Position numbers and translations under genes: made by a program. Shown here one piece after another: positions 50,775 through 64,000 of a stretch of DNA of 64,000 bases. The notes beneath the pieces were generated by a model. The model searched no databases. It was not told the DNA's origin and saw only the letters and a list, made by a program, of their open reading frames with translations. Positions within the stretch are counted from its first letter, which is position 1. Each line of letters starts with the position of its first letter. This stretch comes from Eremomyces bilateralis CBS 781.70 (Eukaryota): NCBI GenBank assembly GCA_010015585.1, contig ML975170.1; one strand, 5' to 3'.

Positions 50775-53700
50775 ATGTCTCCAAGAGTCACTCGCTCTTC
50801 GGCGAGGCTCTCCGCAGGTTCTCATCCTTCCGAATCCACCCATCAGTCCCCGTCTGCACCACCCCCATCCCGACCGACTTCGACTCGAAAGCGAAAGGCT
50901 TCCGCTCGTGATCCGACCCCAGAACCTTCATCGACCGAGAAGAGTTCATCTAGTCGGAAAGCGAAGCGGTCCAAAGTCGACACCGAACCTCCGGCTGCCG
51001 TGGCATCAAAATCAGGAACAAGGTCCGACAGGTCAAAGGCAATGACTGGTGCAGGGTACTGAATGACAACCTCCATTGAGTGCCGCCAAGAACTTGGAGA
51101 ATCATGCTGACGGATGATAATGTGGTAGACCGTCAACGAACCCCAACTACAATCAACCCGAACAAACCCCTTCGAATAATCGAGGGTCGATTTCCAAACG
51201 AAAGCAAAACCGTGGAAAGAAGCAAGGTACATCTCGATTTGATGGTGATGGATATTAGGAAGTCACTAAGGCCTGTTTAGAACTACCCAAGTCTCACATT
51301 AGTCCTCCAGCTCGCCGATCAAAAAAACCTGCCAAAGTGGATGGTGACAGCACTATGGATGAAGGCGAGGACCCATTAGATGCCATCATGGACACGACCA
51401 CCGGGGCAGCATCCCAAAATAACGATCCCACCACCGACCCAGCACACGATGACCATGATGAGGACGACGATGACGACGATGATCAGGATGATGATGAAGA
51501 TCCCTTCGCCAGCGGGTTGCTCTCACGCCATCATCCCGGTCACCTTTCTAGCACACTTCGAGCGCTCACGGGAATTGTTGGGAACCAGATGTTGGGGGGA
51601 ATGGGCTCCCGGCTTCGGGGCATCTTGGAAAACCTGCGCCAGAAGGACGATCCGTCGATGCAGTTGATCGCATTGCAAGATTTATCGGAGCTGTTACTTG
51701 TCTCCACCGAGGACAACCTTGCCGGGCATTTTCAAGTGGACGCGTTTGTCAAGGAGCTCATTACTTTGATGCAGCCGAGCGAGATGGGCGAGGAGAATCC
51801 AGAGATCATGCTTCTTGCCTGTCGTTGCATTGCCAACCTCATGGAAGCATTGCCTCAAGCCACTGCCACCGTCGCCTACGAAGGAGCCATCCCCATCCTT
51901 TGTCAGAAATTATTGGAGATCCACTTCATCGATCTGGCTGAGCAAGCTTTGAGCACGCTGGAGAAAATCTCGGTCGAATTCCCGGCAATGATTGTCCGTG
52001 AAGGCGGTCTCACCGCCTGCCTCTCCTACTTGGATTTCTTCGCCACCAGCACCCAACGAACGGCTGTCACCACCGCGGCGAACTGCTGCAGGAACATCCC
52101 ACCCGAGGAATCATTCCCGGTGATTCGGGATGTGATGCCGATCCTCCAGAACGTGCTTAACAGCAGCGATCAACGAGTCCTGGAGCAAGGATGCAACTGC
52201 GTCTCTCGCATCGTCAAGAGCTATGCGGATCATTATTCCAAGTTGGAGGAGCTCATCAGCGACGAGCTTCTGCGGACCGTGCTTCGACTTCTACTTCCCG
52301 GCAATACCAACCTCATCAGTCCGGGCATTCACACCGACCTCTTGAAAGTCCTGGCGATCACGGCCAAGGCTAGTCCCAAGCATTCGGCAGCGCTGTTCAA
52401 GATGAACGTGGTAGATACGCTCTATCAGATCTTGACCGGCGTCTCTCCACCCGGAGAGGATGAGAAAGACGTGGCGACCAAGATCGATAGCGTTGTCATT
52501 ATGCAAGCCTTAATCCACCGCCCCCGCGACCAAATCGTCGAGACTCTCAACGTGATTTGCGAACTCCTTCCCGATATTTGGGGCACCGATCTAACATTCC
52601 TGAAATACATCACTCCTGCAGGGTATCCCAACGGCAGGTTCTTTGTCCACAACCACGAGTCCAAGTTGAACGCGAACGAGAAGCGGATGAAGCTTTTGGA
52701 GGGATGCAAGAAGGATGTTCACCGATTCGCCGTGATCCTCTTGCCAACTCTGACAGACGCCTACTCCAGCACGGTCAATCCACAGGTCCGAGAACGTGTT
52801 CTTACCGCTCACCTGAAAATGCTGTCCAATCTAGACACCGACATTTTGCACGACGCCCTTCGTTCCGTCCCGTACGCGTCGTTCCTCGCATCCATGCTGA
52901 CGCAGCTTGACAATCCTAGCCTGATCACTTATGCCCTTCAGGCGGCCGAGCTGCTCTTGAAGCGGTTGGAATCGGTGTATCGTTATCACTTCTACCGAGA
53001 GGGCGTGATGTCCGAAATCGCCAAACTGGCTAATCGCCCTTCCACGTCGGCGGAGAAGTCCTCTGGGAGTCAACCGACGCCTATGGATATCGAGCCTGTT
53101 CCACAATCCAGTACGGGGTCTCAAGAACATTCCGAAAACGAGGAAGCCCAGGGGTTCGGATACGATCATTCCGAGGACGAGGACGACGACGAAGAGGACG
53201 AGGATGAAGGGGACGATCATGATGACAATGATACTGAGTCGGACGGATCGAGTTCTGAAGAGGATGATTACTCTCGAGAACATCATCCTTCGCAGAGTGA
53301 TGACGAGAAAATCACGGAGCGCGCCAAGAAATTCCTCGAGATCCACGAGACAAACCAATCTATGTCCGTGAAGGCGAAGGCGTCCAGTATCCTTGAAGAT
53401 CTGGCCAAGCTTGCGCAACAAATCCGTCAACAATACCTCGAGCATGGACAGCAAACGAACGAGAACGTGTTCGAACGCCTTGCAATATACTTTGACATCA
53501 AGTCCCCGAAAAGTATCACGAGCTATGAGCTTCTTACCTCCGATATTGTCCAAGTCCTTTTGGATGTTATGTCTCAACCCCAGAGTATTCCTGGTGTTGA
53601 CGCCCGTACCGACTTCCTACACTCGTTCATGAGGTCATCACCGCAATTGCGGACCGGAAGCAAAGGCGGCTACGCTTCGACCCCTTTCAGTTCTCTCGTC

Positions 53701-56490
53701 CAGAAATTGCAGGACCTACTGAGCCGTGCCGAGCATTTCGAAGTCTTCACGGTTCCGACATCGGACAGTAGTAGACATACCGCAGCCTCGATGCTGGCCA
53801 AACAGCTGCGTCTGCGACTTATGGCGGATGATGAGTCCGGTATTCCATCCCATTTCCGCAATATCATGGTCAACATACATGCCATCGCGACCTTCAAAGG
53901 CCTTGACGATTACCTTCGACCACGCATTGCCCTTGCCGAACGGCCCAAAGGCACGAAAGGACGAGAAAGCATGACGAATGCCCTGGCAGCATATGCGGCG
54001 GCCATGTCTGGGCGAGATCCATTCGGGGCTGGCAATACACATCGACGAGATCCTTTGCCGCCCGCGGTCCCGACTCCAGGGGATTTCACGAACCGACAGA
54101 TCACAAAACATCAAAGTAAATCGAGGTCCAAACACGACGAGCAGAAGAACGCGCAATCTGGCTCCAGCTCCACGCCCACCACCAAATCCTCAGGCATCCG
54201 GAGATCCACCCGCAAGTCCAATTCCGGGAGTCTCCCCAGCCGACCGGTTGCTCCAGTCATGCCGGACGAAAATCTGCAAGACACCCTCGAATGTGCCGAT
54301 GAAGCACCACTGTCCGAAGACGAGGAAATGGACGAAAACAGCGAATTGGATAATATTCTCGGGGGTATCGAAGACGACGACGATGACGACGACGAAGCAG
54401 ATCCCTCCGCTGTCAACATGGAAGTGGCTCCGACAGGCAAGGTGACTGCTCGCAGAGAAGATGGTACAAGGATTGCAACGCCGGTCTCCACATCTTCGAA
54501 GCGAGCACCCTCTGCTCGAGTGCCTTCCACGCAGCGCCTTCTTAGCACCAATTCTCCTTCCGCAAGTCGACCGAGTTCGTATCTTTCTGCCGTTCAAGCT
54601 ATGGTGAACGACTGGCATATCGAATTCTCCATCAACGATCAGCCGATCACCCATGGGACCACGATCTACCGCGCGGTACATTTTAACCAGGGGCAACCAA
54701 CCGAAGTCTCTTCGAAGACCATGTGGCATGCCACGCATCAAATCAAGTTCAAGCGCGTTGCTGGTCCACCGCCCCCGGAGACAACAGCGGCGACACCCCC
54801 CCCTGAGTCATCCACCACCGATTCCGGAGTTCCCATGTGCCTTGAAAAGAACCCAGTGGCGTCCACGATCCTCCGTTTCCTGAACATTCTCCATGGGTTG
54901 AATGCCAACATTGAAGACGTCGTGTCAGAAACCAAAGACCAGGCGAGAATCACGTCCGAGCCCCTGTCCCAGTTCGTGAACACGAAGCTCACCGCGAAGA
55001 TGAATCGACAACTCGAGGAGCCTCTCATTGTGGCGAGTGCTTGCTTGCCTAGCTGGAGCACCGACCTTGCTCGATATTATCCGTTCCTTTTGCCATTCGA
55101 AACACGCCACCTGTTCTTGCAATCCACTTCCTTCGGTTACTCTCGTTCTATGAACCGATGGCAAAACGCTCAAGCCATGTCCGAATCCCGAAACGATCGC
55201 CATCGTGATGAACGGCCATTCTTGGGCCGCCTTCAACGCCAGAAGGTGCGCATCTCCCGCCAGAAGATCCTCGAATCTGCTCTCAAGGTTATGGACATGT
55301 ACGGGTCGTCTCCTAGTATTCTTGAGGTCGAATATTTCGACGAAGTCGGTACTGGTCTCGGTCCCACTCTAGAATTCTATTCCACCATCTCCAAAGAGTT
55401 CGCAAAGAAACGTCTCAAGCTTTGGCGAGAGAATGATGCCAACGAAAAGGACGAGTATGCGTTTGGCAAGCAGGGCCTCTTCCCGGCGCCAATGAGTGGC
55501 GAGCAATCCGAGTCGGATAATGGCAAACGTATCCTTCAACTTTTCAAGTCTCTCGGCAAGTTCGTTGCGCGTTCCATGCTCGACTCTCGCATCATCGACA
55601 TCTCCTTCAACCCCACTTTCTTCCGTATCGGAGAGGAAGACGTCGCAGTCACTCCCTCGTTAGGGGCCGTTAGTTTGGTGGACAACGATTTAGCGAACTC
55701 TTTGAAGCTGCTCAAGAAATTCGCCAGTGCGAAGAAACACATTGATGAGGATGGCAATCTCAACCCCGCGCTGAAGGTCGAGGCTATTCAGAATATTGAG
55801 ATTAACGGCGCCCGTGTGGAGGATCTCGCGCTCGACTTCACACTTCCTGGCTACGACATTGAGCTCCTCTCCAACGGGCGCGACATTCCGGTCACCATCG
55901 ACAATGTTGGCATGTATCTGGAGAAAGTCATAGACTTCACTCTCGGATCTGGAGTCCGTCGTCAAGTGGAGGCATTCCGCCAGGGATTCTCTCAGGTGTT
56001 TCCCTATTCCTCCCTTCGGGCATTTACTCCCGATGAACTGGTCATGTTGTTCGGTAGACTTGACGAGGATTGGTCGCTCGAGACCCTCATGGATTCGATC
56101 AAGGCAGATCACGGGTTCAATCTCGACAGCAAGAGCGTCCGCAACTTACTCCAGATCATGAGCCAGTTCTCCCCGAATCAACGCCGGAACTTCTTGCAAT
56201 TCGTGACTGGTAGCCCGAAGTTGCCGATCGGAGGTAAGTGAAAGACCGAATCCATGTCATTTTCTCGACGTTCCTTGCTAACCTCACTTGTAGGATTCAA
56301 GAGTCTCACACCAATGTTCACCGTGGTCTGCAAACCGAGCGAGCCACCTTTCGCCTCCGATGATTATCTCCCGAGCGTCATGACTTGCGTCAACTACCTC
56401 AAACTTCCGGACTACACGACCATCGACATCATGGATGGGAAGCTCAGAATGGCCATTGCTGAAGGTCAAGGTGCATTCCACCTTTCTTAG
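50775..56490 (+). CDS. UFD4: HECT E3 ubiquitin ligase Ufd4/TRIP12
   Basis: Exons 50775-51055, 51129-51226, 51281-56233, 56294-56490. ARM repeats ([15 protein letters not shown]), [73 protein letters not shown], terminal FHLS. Confidence 0.96.
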
Positions 56491-58290
56491 AGCAGGTGAC
56501 CGTGTCGGCCAGCTCTATCATTCACTCATCAACTCGCACTGGATGGAAGCTTCGATCTGACCAACCATGGTCATACCCGGAATCAGGATTAGTGGCATAG
56601 GGAAACTTGTCATATGGATGGGTGTAGTATTTTCTTTCCCCAAAAAATTGACGATGAGAACATGCGGTTTACCTCTGAAATAGCATTAGTGGCGTCACAC
56701 ATTCGCCTGGTATGGTATGGCTTTGACAAATTGCATTTGCGGTGTCGCATTAAGACTGGAAAAGGGGACCACTTCCATAACTAAGGGCTGGTTCTTCAGC
56801 CCACCTTAGCATAGGTAATGGATCAATCAAAATGAAATGTATTAGACTTCAGATGGTGATGCTAAGTGATTGGGAGTTCCTACTTTACCCATAGGTCAAG
56901 TACATAGAGTAGGACCTTGATGGTCAACTCATATTGTAACCTGTACTAGTTAGTTAGGATTTTATGATTAATCGTACATATATCCGTAGTGTTTTATGGG
57001 CCAGCCACAGCACACTCCTGAGGCAAAAAAACGAGAGTAAAAGGCAAGGGCTAAAAAACAAAAACATACGGCAATGGGAGTTCCCCTAAACTCTCAGCTG
57101 TACAAAGGCGTCAAAATAAGAGGGCCAATACCGCCGAAAGACGAGGGCCCGTCGAAAACACCCTCTCTGCCATCATTATTCTAATGATTGTAAAGATGCT
57201 GTTTCCCCCACAAAGAGACCCGTAGAGTAGATCTATGTAGACCAAGACGGTAGGATTCCCTAAAGATATTGCCATGGATCGCGCACCGTCGGCTTTCTTC
57301 ACTTTCGCTGCTCTGTTGTTCGCTCTATATGGATATCCTCTGAAAGCTTTGCGCTTCGCTTTTCCATTTATCGGCCCTTTAAGGCATCATGCGTCCATGT
57401 GTGCGAGAGAGGATATCATTATTTTTTTGGGGTTTTTGACTCTTGTCTTCAGCTAAATCTTCCGTCAGACTGAGCACACTATTGCTGCTGTGCTTCAGGT
57501 CACGCATGGCTCTTGCTTAGACTTGGGAGTGCACCAAGAGGCGAGACTCCCGACGAATTCCAACATATTTCCATATTAAGAAACAAATGAAGAATTTTGG
57601 TGTGCGATCGTGGACTAATAAGTGCTCATATCCATAATGCTTCCATATCTATATAATAATAATGCATAGTTTGTCTACAAGAGAACCCTTGCTTTGGCTG
57701 TTTCAAGCAACTCGTACATGACATTTTGCCGTCGCATGACGAAATTGGAATTGTAGTACAATGTTGTCTTCAAGGCACGCCTCCAGTCATTGCAAAGATG
57801 GAGCAACAGTTTACAAACTCACCAGGATAAATGAGGACAATGTACAGTAATGTTTGTTTTTATAGTTAAAGTCATCTGAAAACCGGAAATGGGGCACTTT
57901 CGAAGGGCCCATTCAGGATCATTAATGTCGTCCAGCACTGATGGTAGTCTCGCCCTCCCTCGCTGATATGCCCAACAGCATACTCTGCTAGACCGGCGAC
58001 TCCCCTGTACATTCCAACCTTCAATTTTCCTTGCCGATGCATGCTTGTCCAGTGAAAACCCCATCAACCTGACTGCCCTGTCGTTCGTGAGAGAATCCCC
58101 AAGGCGAGTGCCTCGCCGGGATCCCAATGACATTTCCGTCAGAACTGTCACGGTTTCTCGATGTTTAGAGCGCCACGATTCCGGCGCGCATCGAGTCCAC
58201 CGCAACCATGCACGACGGCTTCCTGCAGAAAGGTGACGCTGAAGTCGAGTCCCAAACGCCTTCCAATGATTTTTACAATAACCCCGCAGC

Positions 58291-59667
58291 TCAAGACGAT
58301 TGACTGCTAGGCCCACGGATGTCAGTCCGGACTTCATTCTGGATATCGGTCTTAAAAATCCACTCCTGACTCTCGTCGTCGCTAATATTCCTCAACGTTC
58401 TGGTCTTTGTCGGCGCGGGCGATGCCTTCATTTCTACATCGAGTGTTACATGGATATCGCGGTATCCGGCGTTACGGCTCTGTTGTGACGAGAGAGGACC
58501 ACTGTAGCCGAGATCAGTGTGTCGACGACCAGAGGGTGCAGTGCTGGGGTGGTCGCTGGAGCCTATTAGGGTTGGGAAAAGTTTGCGTATAACCGGGCGG
58601 ATGCCGGGGAGACAGCCGCAGATGATCCCGAGGCAGATTTCGACGTCGGAGATGACGTACACAATAGTGGAATTGTCTAAATGGTCAGCATTACGATCGA
58701 CAGAAAGGCATGTAACGGTGCCAATTCACATACACGCGACGTCCCAGGAGCGAAAGTATTTGACCATATATACTACTCGAACGACACTTCCGATACAGAC
58801 GCTAATGCGAGTCAGCAATGCAGGAAACCCATCATATTGGCACAACTGACATGACGCCTAAGCTGAAAGATATTATCAGCCAAACCCGTTTGTTAAGGCT
58901 CATTTTAATGTTCCAGAGGTAGTAAACAGGCCAGAGGAAGACCAGACAGTCCGTAAAGGAATTCATACTCGTCGTTGTAATAATAAATACTTCCAAATTG
59001 ATACAATGTCTAATAGGCCTGAAAAGATTCCAGGTGTCTGACATAGGCCTAGAAAGCGTCAGAGTTCGATATATAAGGCAGGTTAACGACCAATATAGAC
59101 GGATTGCGACTTACCAACATTGGAACAACGATGTTAGAGAGCAGATAACTCCCCATGCGGCCACAACAACGATACAGATATAGTTGAACTGTGAATTTGT
59201 GCGCGATGGGAATATGCGAAGATACGTCAAGCAGATGGAAATCTTCGTCAACGCTGCCGCTGGACCGAACACAACTTGCGTGACAATTCCCCATTTGGCT
59301 ATTAATGGGAGCCATTCCAATTTGACGTCGTAGAGGTGGCGTCCGTAGCCCGCTTTCAACTCCATTATATGTACTATTGCTATTCCCATTGCGAATATCT
59401 AATACGCTGTCAGCTTTCCCTTCGGAAAAGTCATCGATATGGATAAATATTTCGACTCACATATGCCAGAAGCATAGTCCAATCATCCAATCCTAGAGCA
59501 TTGCGAACTACCACGAACCGCGAATAGAACCGACATGAGATGAATATCGTGGCCAGGATCATCAGAGTGATACCAACGCCCCATACGACGGGATCGAGCA
59601 CATCGCGCGGATTGTCATAGTTCGGCTCTGGCCAAGTGGCGATGTCCTCTAGGGTCGGTGTTGCCAT
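58291..59667 (-). CDS. PTH11-like (fungal rhodopsin-domain, no CFEM) 7-TM membrane protein
   Basis: WPEPNYDNP, RFYSR..LGLDDW, GYGRHLYDV, LTKISICLTYLRIF, LFQC, TDCLVFLWP..LWNIKM, SDVEICLGIICGCLP; five short introns. Confidence 0.9.
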
Positions 59668-61194
59668 GGTTGACGGGATTCAAACGATGACCTGGCAATT
59701 AATGCAGACTCAACGAGAATACAGAGGATGTCGACGATTGTTCGGAACGGGTGTCACCATCATTGGGATTCCAACTTTAGCAAGTTGTCTCGCGGGCGCA
59801 TCGGCGTGCATGAAATCGAACTGTTGTGGAAGATCGGACTAGATCAGATCGAATGAATGTAGGCACCGATAGGAGGTATATCAAGTCCGCATCAATTTGT
59901 TCTGGGTTGTTGGACTAAAACTTCTAACCAGCATCATTACTCATTCGCAGCCACGGCGCGGCTGAGACTCGCTTTTGAGTCGAGTACGAAGAAAAGTCGA
60001 ATGGACGAACGGGTCAACCCTGGTTGTATAGGGGAGGAATTCGGGATAGGAAGAGCGCATCCCGTTCAACGCTGGAGCTGACCAATGAACGGGGAGTTTT
60101 CGACAACTGGGAAGACGTGATGCATCATCTTCACTACCAAGGCAATGCTCGGCAGGGTAATATCCTTGCGTTCGATATGTAGACACCTGGATGGTGAAAC
60201 CATTTTCAACCTTCAATGAGAATGTGTAAGAGTTCGCCAACAATTGGATTGGAAAGAGGAAAACATCATCGATTTGCAGAAGGAAAAGAAGGGAAGAAGA
60301 GAAGAAGATCTCTCTTTCCCTGTGTAGTTCTATTTGCACTATGAGCGCCGTGCAGATCTGTTGCCCATTCACTCGTAACAGAGGCCACAATGCCACGAGG
60401 CAAACCCCCTGCAGTGGGAAGAAATTGAGTTACGATCCCTGGCACCCCACACCACCACCACCACAGGCATGTGCAGGATGTCTGAAAAGCTCAAAAGCAG
60501 CATAACTAGTTAAAGGTAGTAGACTAAGTTAGTTATACCATTGCCGAATTAGGAAAATTACCAGACGCGTGACTTAATAAATTCTCCGCCACGCTCGACC
60601 ACTATCCTACCAGCGCAGCACCTTTTCGCCATCATTACGGTTGTCGTAGAATACGGAAAAGTGGGATTTATTGGTTGTACACAGTATATTCCTGACGTTT
60701 AATTGGTTAATATAGCATATTTGGACGGAAATCCATTGAAAATTAAGTGCTGTAGAATAAGTTGAAGATAGTCCAATATTGGTGGTTGACGTACAGAGTA
60801 ATATGGTAGTTGGGAGAATGCCAAGTGTTAGGATTTGGAATGCCTGAATTCTGAAGAGCTCAATCTTCTAAGAATGGAATATCTGCAGAGGCTCAATCTG
60901 TAACGCAGAGGTAAAGAGACGATCAATAGCAATAAGGGTAGAATGTTATAATATGAAACTGTTCCCAAGGGACTGTTCAAAGGTCTGTAGAACTTTGCGT
61001 TGTGTTGTAATTAAAACCAAATAACTGTAACTACAGAACCGCTCCTTATATACTCTAATCCTCCTGCCTATCCGTTTGTAGCACATTCCTACCTTTGTCT
61101 TATAGGGAAGTGTTCTTCCCTTTATCTCTTTATCTAACTCGTACAAAGGAAAGGTCCGTTTTCAGCCTAATTGGAGGTAAGATACCAAAGCACC

Positions 61195-62163
61195 ATGGCG
61201 CCAACAAGGTTGCTAACAGAGATTGACCATATTGTTGAAATGGTAATCCAAACACCAAGAAACATAATTAGTCAAGAATCCACTTGGTAATCCACTCAGG
61301 AAACCACTCGGCTACCCGCTCAGGAACCCGCTCAGGAGTCCACTAGAGAAACCTCCCAGAAAGCCACCTCCTGGCAGTCCATCAAAAAGCCACCATTCTC
61401 ATCGAGCTTATATTTAGCCATCGTCGCTGCAGTCGGCTGCAACTCACAGGCCTTCCTTTCGATACTTTGTATCGACACCAACGGTAATCCACGCGAAGAT
61501 GCCGTTGTTGACCGTGTCTCCTAGGTATACATACTCCATTACAGGGTCATATTGTCCTGCGGCCGTCTGTGCGAGAGTAAAGTCCTGATCATTGCGGGCC
61601 AGGGACATGGTGTTAGTGTTGTACGGAGCGAGGAGCTCAACATCACTGATGAGAGACTAATCAAAGAAGGGCTGGCCAACATGGGAAACGTTTCCGTCCC
61701 GGATACGCTAGTTTGGAAGTGTTTCGTAGTCCAGATGGGTCATGACTTTGATTCTATTAGTACCCGTGCGTTTACTTGGGAAAGATAGAGGAGAACGCTA
61801 ACCGTGGATATGTGTAGCGCGGCCAACATAATGGCCCGGGAACTTCGACTCGAAAGTAATAACATCGTCCTCAGTAGTAATTGGGATTCCACGGAAGGAA
61901 GTCTTATTGACGAGCGTTGTATCTCCGGCATTTCTATTCTGCATAAATCCACCGTCTGAGACGCCGCCATACACCCCAGTAGAGTTACAGTGCCAGAAAT
62001 CGATGGCGGCTTTAGGGATTGGCTCTCAGGGATTGATGTCAATGAATTGGATGTCAGTGATAAGATCAACACCTGGCTCCTTTTCAGCCACATTTGTTCG
62101 GATCAGGTCCCGGCGACGTCTGTCGGTTGCCAGAGCCGCTTATCCACGGTTTATCTCTTATAA
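61195..62163 (+). pseudogene. Unidentified 323-codon reading frame with 4 internal stops
   Basis: caccATGg start and a single frame to TAA 62161. Stops at 61288 (TAA), 61522 (TAG), 61786 (TAG) and 61957 (TGA). N-terminal 12-bp QE[ST]T-type repeats. Confidence 0.5.
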
Positions 62164-63548
62164 AACTTACAGTGTGGGCCTTCTGTCGTCTCGGGCGCCA
62201 GCACCGTCACATTGTTGCTATCAAATATCGTCTCCGCAGATGAATCTGGGGTGATGTCAGTGCTATTATAGCGATGATTGGTTGATAGCACTTTGTTCAA
62301 ATCGCGAACATGCAGCATATCCCCTATTGTCTATTTCAGTCCTATATCCCCCATTTTCGCCGTTGACCTGAGTTACTAACTTTTTCGAAGGCGTCGCTTG
62401 GCGCAATGCTCGTTTATAAGTGCATCTCTCCTCGTAGCAAACTTCTCGCTAACTCCCCGTGCTTTTAACTGGACGGAACAGGCATCGACGGCCCCCGGCC
62501 CGATCGACTCCATGAATTTAGTGCGCAAGCACAACTCCTTAGCGTTACTATATTGCCATGGGCTTAAGCACTATACAACGAAATAGCTGCTAGTAGTCAA
62601 GTTGCGAACGATAAAAATTGGATCATATTAATAGCATTCGGAGATAACTATTCGCATTTGCATTTTTGAACCCTCGACCATTTACGAACTTACTACTTAG
62701 TACCTACTTACGTACGAAACATTAAATTTAGAGATTCGGACTAACCGATAGCTAATCACTCGCGGAGTCATAGATATCGGATGCAGCTCTGCTTAACTAG
62801 TAGTCTAGGACACGCATCCCATGAATTAAAAATATGGTCCGATGCGGACAGATGCACCGTTAATCTAATCCGGTAATTTCAGGTCTTTCTCCGGTTTATT
62901 TCCAGTCAGCCAAGAACTAAGTACAGATGTACCTCCGTATCTACCGGTAAGCCGGGACTCGGGACTCAGCCCTGATGGCGCTGACAAGGAGTTACACAGA
63001 AACGGTGGCTCCGATAAGGTTGTCTCCTGACCGGCCCCCATCTAGAGCGACCTTTTCCGTTTACCGACGCAGCGGACAAAGATTCTATCCCCGGTCCCAC
63101 GATGGTTGTACCACGAAGATCCTCGTAAGGTTGGAGAATATTCAGCCACAATTTTACGGGGAGGTACTGAGTCGAATAAAATCTATTGAACAAATCTGCA
63201 GGCATGGCACGATACCACGCGCCGAGCTAGAGGCAAATGCAGTGGAAAGTATCGTAACCGTACGAAGAGTCCGAGTCGTTCTGTTCCCTGCTTCCTCGGC
63301 AAGGTATCTCAATTACCTTCCCATCACGGTGTACAGCTCTCTCTGCGCCATGAGCTCGTCAATAGCGAATAATGGAAAATACAATAAACTCTTATGGCAT
63401 GAGTCTAGCCTAGGGATAAGAAGCGCCACATAGTGCACGGTACAGGACGCGGAAAGATATGTCTATATAGATCCTTTCGGCTGCCAGGGCGGATCGTCCT
63501 GGAGTAGCTCCAAACAATTGTGGTTTTTATTGAAACGTGTTGCTCAAC

Positions 63549-64000
63549 ATGATTATTACTTCTGCCCTTGTTTACTTCCTGGCATTCAGTCAGGGGCTGG
63601 CTACTCCTTTAGCTAACCCCCAGGAGGCTGACCTAGCAGGTCGTCCATCAAAACCTAAATGCTCCAAACCAGCGAAGAGACTGCCATGGTAAGATCCTCT
63701 CTGTGGGGTAGGACATGACTTTCCATTATACAAGCTAACATTTTTGCAGGCAAGCCCTGAGCAGGAAGGAGAAGAAAGCCTATATCGATGCGGAGCTCTG
63801 CTTGATGAGAAAGCCCTCCAAGCTCAATTTGCCTGGAGCCATAACCCGGTTTGATGATCTGATCAAGCCGCATCAGATCATGGCCCGAGAGACGCATCAA
63901 ACCGGCTACTTCTTGCCTTTCCATCGTTATTTGATGCACACTCACGAGACCGTGCTGCGAACTGAGTGTGGTTACAAAGGCCATCAACCCTACTGGGCAG
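63549..64000 (+). CDS. Secreted tyrosinase / di-copper centre protein, 5' part (runs off the window)
   Basis: TATATAG at about 63464; signal peptide; intron 63689-63749. RLPWQALSRKEKKAYIDAELCL, TRFDDL..PH...TH..GYFLPFHR (CuA histidines), ECGYKGHQPYW. Missed by the ORF track. Confidence 0.92.

Noticed and set aside
52831..56112. Several 100-250 aa antisense ORFs within UFD4 (likewise within ZDS1 and exgD)
   Set aside because: Expected shadows of long, codon-biased coding sequence.
57015..57455. Possible MITE bounded by A-rich and T-rich ends
   Set aside because: The inverted match is limited to low-complexity A/T runs and there is no TSD.
62975..63433. 152-aa plus-strand ORF upstream of the tyrosinase
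   Set aside because: It has no motifs or splice support and lies in the tyrosinase promoter region; it cannot be supported as a gene.
1..64000. CRISPR arrays, rRNA genes or prokaryotic operons
   Set aside because: No repeat-spacer arrays or rRNA signatures were seen; the sequence is fungal nuclear DNA with spliceosomal introns.

Overview
Intron-containing eukaryotic DNA from a filamentous ascomycete (Pezizomycotina-type GT..AG introns with CTRAC branch sites; species not determinable from sequence alone). About 20 protein-coding genes can be modelled: PRS5-type PRPP synthetase, PRKRIP1, DET1-like histidine phosphatase, an asaB/CmcJ-family Fe/2OG-type oxygenase, RPC17, an ACS-family MFS permease, an M28 glutamate carboxypeptidase, an HHE hemerythrin protein, NSE2/MMS21, ZDS1, a small hydrophilic orphan, a GT32 glycosyltransferase, an alpha/beta-hydrolase-like protein, exgD, NMNAT, UFD4, a PTH11-like receptor and a truncated tyrosinase. 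There are also two dead DNA transposons (a MULE killed by C-to-T-type stops, and a Tc1/mariner with 30-bp TIRs and DD42E spacing), a cytochrome P450 relic and an unidentified 323-codon pseudogene. No CRISPR array, rRNA or convincing tRNA was seen. The most unusual signals are: the 15-exon NMNAT gene with an AUG-free 126-codon in-frame leader that stays open across a leader intron; similar open in-frame leaders on PRS5 and the asaB-like gene; a chained uORF relay in front of ZDS1; mixed CpA and CpG RIP-like stops; and a 417-nt intron carrying an antisense ORF. All family assignments come from motif recognition, not database searches.
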